Source: Chamaesiphon sp. | GTDB taxonomy: Bacteria; Cyanobacteriota; Cyanobacteriia; Cyanobacteriales; Chamaesiphonaceae | DNA length: 64,000 nucleotides | Direction of reading: 5' to 3' | Assembly: GCA_965246715.1 (NCBI GenBank) | Contig: CBDFFH010000027.1 | Coordinates: 64,001 to 128,000 of the forward strand | Shown here: positions 61,504-64,000 of the stretch, piece after piece | How positions within the stretch are numbered: the first letter of the stretch is position 1 | Layout of the letters: every line of letters starts with the position of its first letter | Position numbers and translations under genes: made by a program | The notes under the pieces: generated by a model | What the model was told of the DNA's origin: nothing | Database searches by the model: none | What the model saw: the letters and a program-made list of their open reading frames with translations, nothing else

Positions 61504-62448
61504 ATGCCAAAAGCAGTACGCTTGGATCGCTATGGACATATTGATGTGCTAGAGGTCAAAGAGGTCGAACGACCATCACTCAGTCCCGGTCGGATTCTAG
61601 TTCGGACGATCGCGGCAGGAATCAATCCTGGTGAGATCGCCATTCGCGAAGGTTTACTCGATAAGCAATTTCCAGCCACGTTCCCGTCAGGTCAGGGGGC
61701 GGATTTTGCTGGGGTGGTCGCCGAGCTGGGAGCGGATGTAACCAGCCCTAGTGTGGGCACACCAGTCATCGGTTGGTCGAACGAACGCTCCGCCCAGTCT
61801 GAGTTTGTTGCCGTTCCTGCCGACCAACTTGTCACCAAACCCGAAGCCCTCGATTGGGATGTGGCAGGTGGTCTCTACGTCGTCGCAACGACAGCGACAG
61901 CCGCCGTCGCCGCCGTTGCCCCTCAACGCGGCGAAACTATCCTGTTGTCTGGTGCCTCCGGCGGGGTCGGTTCGCTAGCTGCTCAGTTAGTGCTGCGGAC
62001 TGGAGCCACTGTCGTCGGCATTGCTGGAAAGTCACATCACGACTGGTTGAAATCGATCGGCGTTACACCAGTAGACTACGAAACTGACTTGAAAGAGAGC
62101 CTAAATCGCTTGGCTCCATGCGGCTTCGACGCAGCAATCGATACTGTCGGTCATGGCTATGTAGACTTGGCGATCGATCTGGGGATCCCACCCGATCGCA
62201 TCAACACGATTATTGATTTCGCAGCAGCAGCTCGACACAAAGTTCATACCGATGGCAGCTCTGCGGCTGAATCTAGTGCCGTGCTCGCCGAGGTGGCTGG
62301 TTTAGTTGCCAACGGTGAGTTACAGGTTCCAGTAGCCGCCGTTTACGATCTCAAAGATGTCAAACAAGCTTACACCAAGCTAGCCGAGGGACACATGGGC
62401 GGCAAAATTGTCCTGCGAGTCGCCGACCCTGATTTAGTTGTTGCGTAA
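61504..62448 (+). CDS. NADP-dependent oxidoreductase (MDR)
   Basis: GINPGE, GADFAG, GASGGVG, GKIVL. Confidence 0.92.
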   Translation: MPKAVRLDRYGHIDVLEVKEVERPSLSPGRILVRTIAAGINPGEIAIREGLLDKQFPATFPSGQGADFAGVVAELGADVTSPSVGTPVIGWSNERSAQSEFVAVPADQLVTKPEALDWDVAGGLYVVATTATAAVAAVAPQRGETILLSGASGGVGSLAAQLVLRTGATVVGIAGKSHHDWLKSIGVTPVDYETDLKESLNRLAPCGFDAAIDTVGHGYVDLAIDLGIPPDRINTIIDFAAAARHKVHTDGSSAAESSAVLAEVAGLVANGELQVPVAAVYDLKDVKQAYTKLAEGHMGGKIVLRVADPDLVVA

Positions 62449-62450
62449 CG

Positions 62451-62477
62451 TTGGCGTAGCCGCGCTCGAAGTAGGTA
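62451..62477 (+). mobile_element. HIP1-core-targeted micro-element (27 bp)
   Basis: ACG^TTGGCGTAGCCGCGCTCGAAGTAGGTA^ATCGC. Confidence 0.8.
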
Positions 62478-62487
62478 ATCGCGATGT

Positions 62488-62538
62488 AAATCTTAACTTC
62501 GACGAGCTGGCTAGCCGCCCAGTCGAAGTTAAGAATTT
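62488..62538 (+). terminator. Intergenic hairpin
   Basis: TCTTAACTTCGAC..GTCGAAGTTAAGA. Confidence 0.55.
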
Positions 62539-62562
62539 GCAGCCCAAGTAGAAAAGCAACCT

Positions 62563-63411
62563 ATGAAAGCAAATCTCTCACGCATTAGAATTTGGCGACC
62601 GCAGCACCTCCCATCGATCGAGTTGATACATGGTGTTTCTAAAAGTCATTCAGTGCCCCGCAATTTTCATGAAGAACTAGAGCTTGGCATCCGGCAAGGT
62701 GATGGCTGGCAGTTTAAATACCGAGGTGCAACGCACCATGTGCCGTCAGATACTGTGGTAGTGACCCAACCTGGAGAAGCGCATCAGGCTGATTGTACGA
62801 GCGACCGAGACTGCACTTATCGCGGGCTACATATCGGTCTAGATTTACTTCAACAAGTGGCAAACGAAGTTACTGGACGCGACACAGAATTACCATTTTT
62901 TCCGATATCGCTAGTCCACGATCGCAACTTTAATACCCAATTCATTCAAGTTCATCAAGCCTTAGAACGATCCAATTCTCAGCTCGAACAACAGACATTA
63001 GTCTTAGATTTGCTGGCACAATTAATTCTGCGGTATGCGGATAGTACGCATTGCCCGATCGAATTAGGAGCAGAAATTCAGCCTGTCAATCGTGTTCGGA
63101 CATACATAGAAGCACATTCTGAGCAAGAGATATCGTTAGAGAAATTAGCTATAGTTGCAAGTTTAAGTTCCTTCCATCTCAATCGATCGTTTAGCAAAAC
63201 ATTTGGAATACCGCCGCACGCTTATCAGATTCAAGTACGAATAATGAGGGCAAAACGCTTACTCCGAAAAGAACACTCGATCGAGCAAGTCGCTATTGAA
63301 ACTGGATTTGTGAGTCAAAGCCACTTTGGATCGCACTTCAAGCGGCTGGTTAGCATTACTCCCAGGCAATACATTCAAGACAGCAAGAACGTGATAGATT
63401 TCGCTAATTAA
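62563..63411 (+). CDS. AraC family transcriptional regulator
   Basis: LSSFHLNRSF..GIPPHAY..VAIETGFVSQSHF. Confidence 0.95.
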   Translation: MKANLSRIRIWRPQHLPSIELIHGVSKSHSVPRNFHEELELGIRQGDGWQFKYRGATHHVPSDTVVVTQPGEAHQADCTSDRDCTYRGLHIGLDLLQQVANEVTGRDTELPFFPISLVHDRNFNTQFIQVHQALERSNSQLEQQTLVLDLLAQLILRYADSTHCPIELGAEIQPVNRVRTYIEAHSEQEISLEKLAIVASLSSFHLNRSFSKTFGIPPHAYQIQVRIMRAKRLLRKEHSIEQVAIETGFVSQSHFGSHFKRLVSITPRQYIQDSKNVIDFAN

Positions 63412-63583
63412 GTTGATTGCGCTAGAGACAGATGGATTCTCAATCGAGTTGGCATTGCTTTAGCAACGCAGGCTCGAAAAAATTGACATCTTTAAAACAA
63501 TAGATTCGGTTCGCACCAAACTCAAGTCGAACCCGCTCGTGTTGGCGAATGCCTGTCGTTAGGTACAGTGTGAGCGTTGCTTG

Positions 63584-63607
63584 TTGACGGAGCCGCGCCG
63601 CGAGGTA
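63584..63607 (+). mobile_element. Degenerate micro-element (24 bp)
   Basis: TG^TTGACGGAGCCGCGCCGCGAGGTA^ATCG; a related fragment starts at 63542. Confidence 0.6.
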
Positions 63608-63653
63608 ATCGATCGAGTTAATTGGCGATCCTTGTCCTCACCAAGTGAACTAA

Positions 63654-64000
63654 ATGAACGCACAAAATCAGCCACAAGCTTTTGAAATCAATAATAGCAA
63701 AGGTCGTGCCTACTGGGGGATGGGTATTCTCTGGACGATGCTGGCAACTGCTGAAGATACGGATGGCAAGTATTCCTGTATCGAAGATCGTGCGGGATCG
63801 TTTGTGTCAGTTCCACGCGGCACAAAGCACGCTTTTCAAATTGATTCGGAAACGGTACGACTCATCAATACCTATGTGCCCGCAGGGTTTAAGCACATAA
63901 TTATGGCAACGACTGTGCCCGCCCAGGCGCGGACATTGCCTCCAGCTTCGATGCCGTTGCCTGAGTTGGAACAAACCAATGAAGCGATGGCGGAAGTCAT
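63654..64000 (+). pseudogene. Quercetinase-like cupin with an internal in-frame deletion, 3' partial
   Basis: MNAQNQ..ATAEDTDGKYSCIE-DR-AGSFVSVPRGTKHAF..PAGF; cupin motif 1 absent. Confidence 0.7.

Noticed and set aside
1..64000. CRISPR array, tRNA or rRNA
   Set aside because: No regularly spaced repeat-spacer series and no recognisable structural RNA gene seen
1..64000. Many short antisense or overlapping ORFs in the six-frame track
   Set aside because: They are shadows of well-supported genes and carry no motifs
1..64000. High CGATCG/GCGATCGC density as a novel repeat
   Set aside because: This is the well-known cyanobacterial HIP1; only its use as an insertion or deletion site is reported

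Overview
Cyanobacterial DNA, saturated with the HIP1 core CGATCG (Chamaesiphon-like; inferred), forming a decaying accessory region. (1) 1-15 kb: a response regulator-thioredoxin reductase fusion, a cNMP histidine kinase, GMC oxidoreductase, aquaporin, GH63-like glucosidase and glucose dehydrogenase, interleaved with GNATs, a MazF-type TA pair, a methyltransferase and a TetR + StyC-like pair. (2) 15-36 kb: a long minus-strand run of small-molecule redox/detox genes (SDRs, MDRs, NmrA, pirin, GST, two beta-diketone-hydrolase-like crotonases, MFS, KirBac). (3) 36.1-38.8 kb: an integron relic with a truncated intI, two attI-like regions, two cassettes and one intact attC. (4) A multi-GAF kinase with a NarL-type regulator. 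(5) 42.9-60 kb: two paralogous TA + conjugation (VirB2/3/4-like) modules facing each other, broken by ISKra4, IS630 and IS5 elements. (6) A terminal MDR, AraC and cupin. The strongest signal is a family of 22-27 bp double-hairpin micro-elements that sit precisely at CG^ATCG at eight sites. Some insert in frame in genes, one is nested, and one knocks out a toxin whose empty-site paralog is in the same window.
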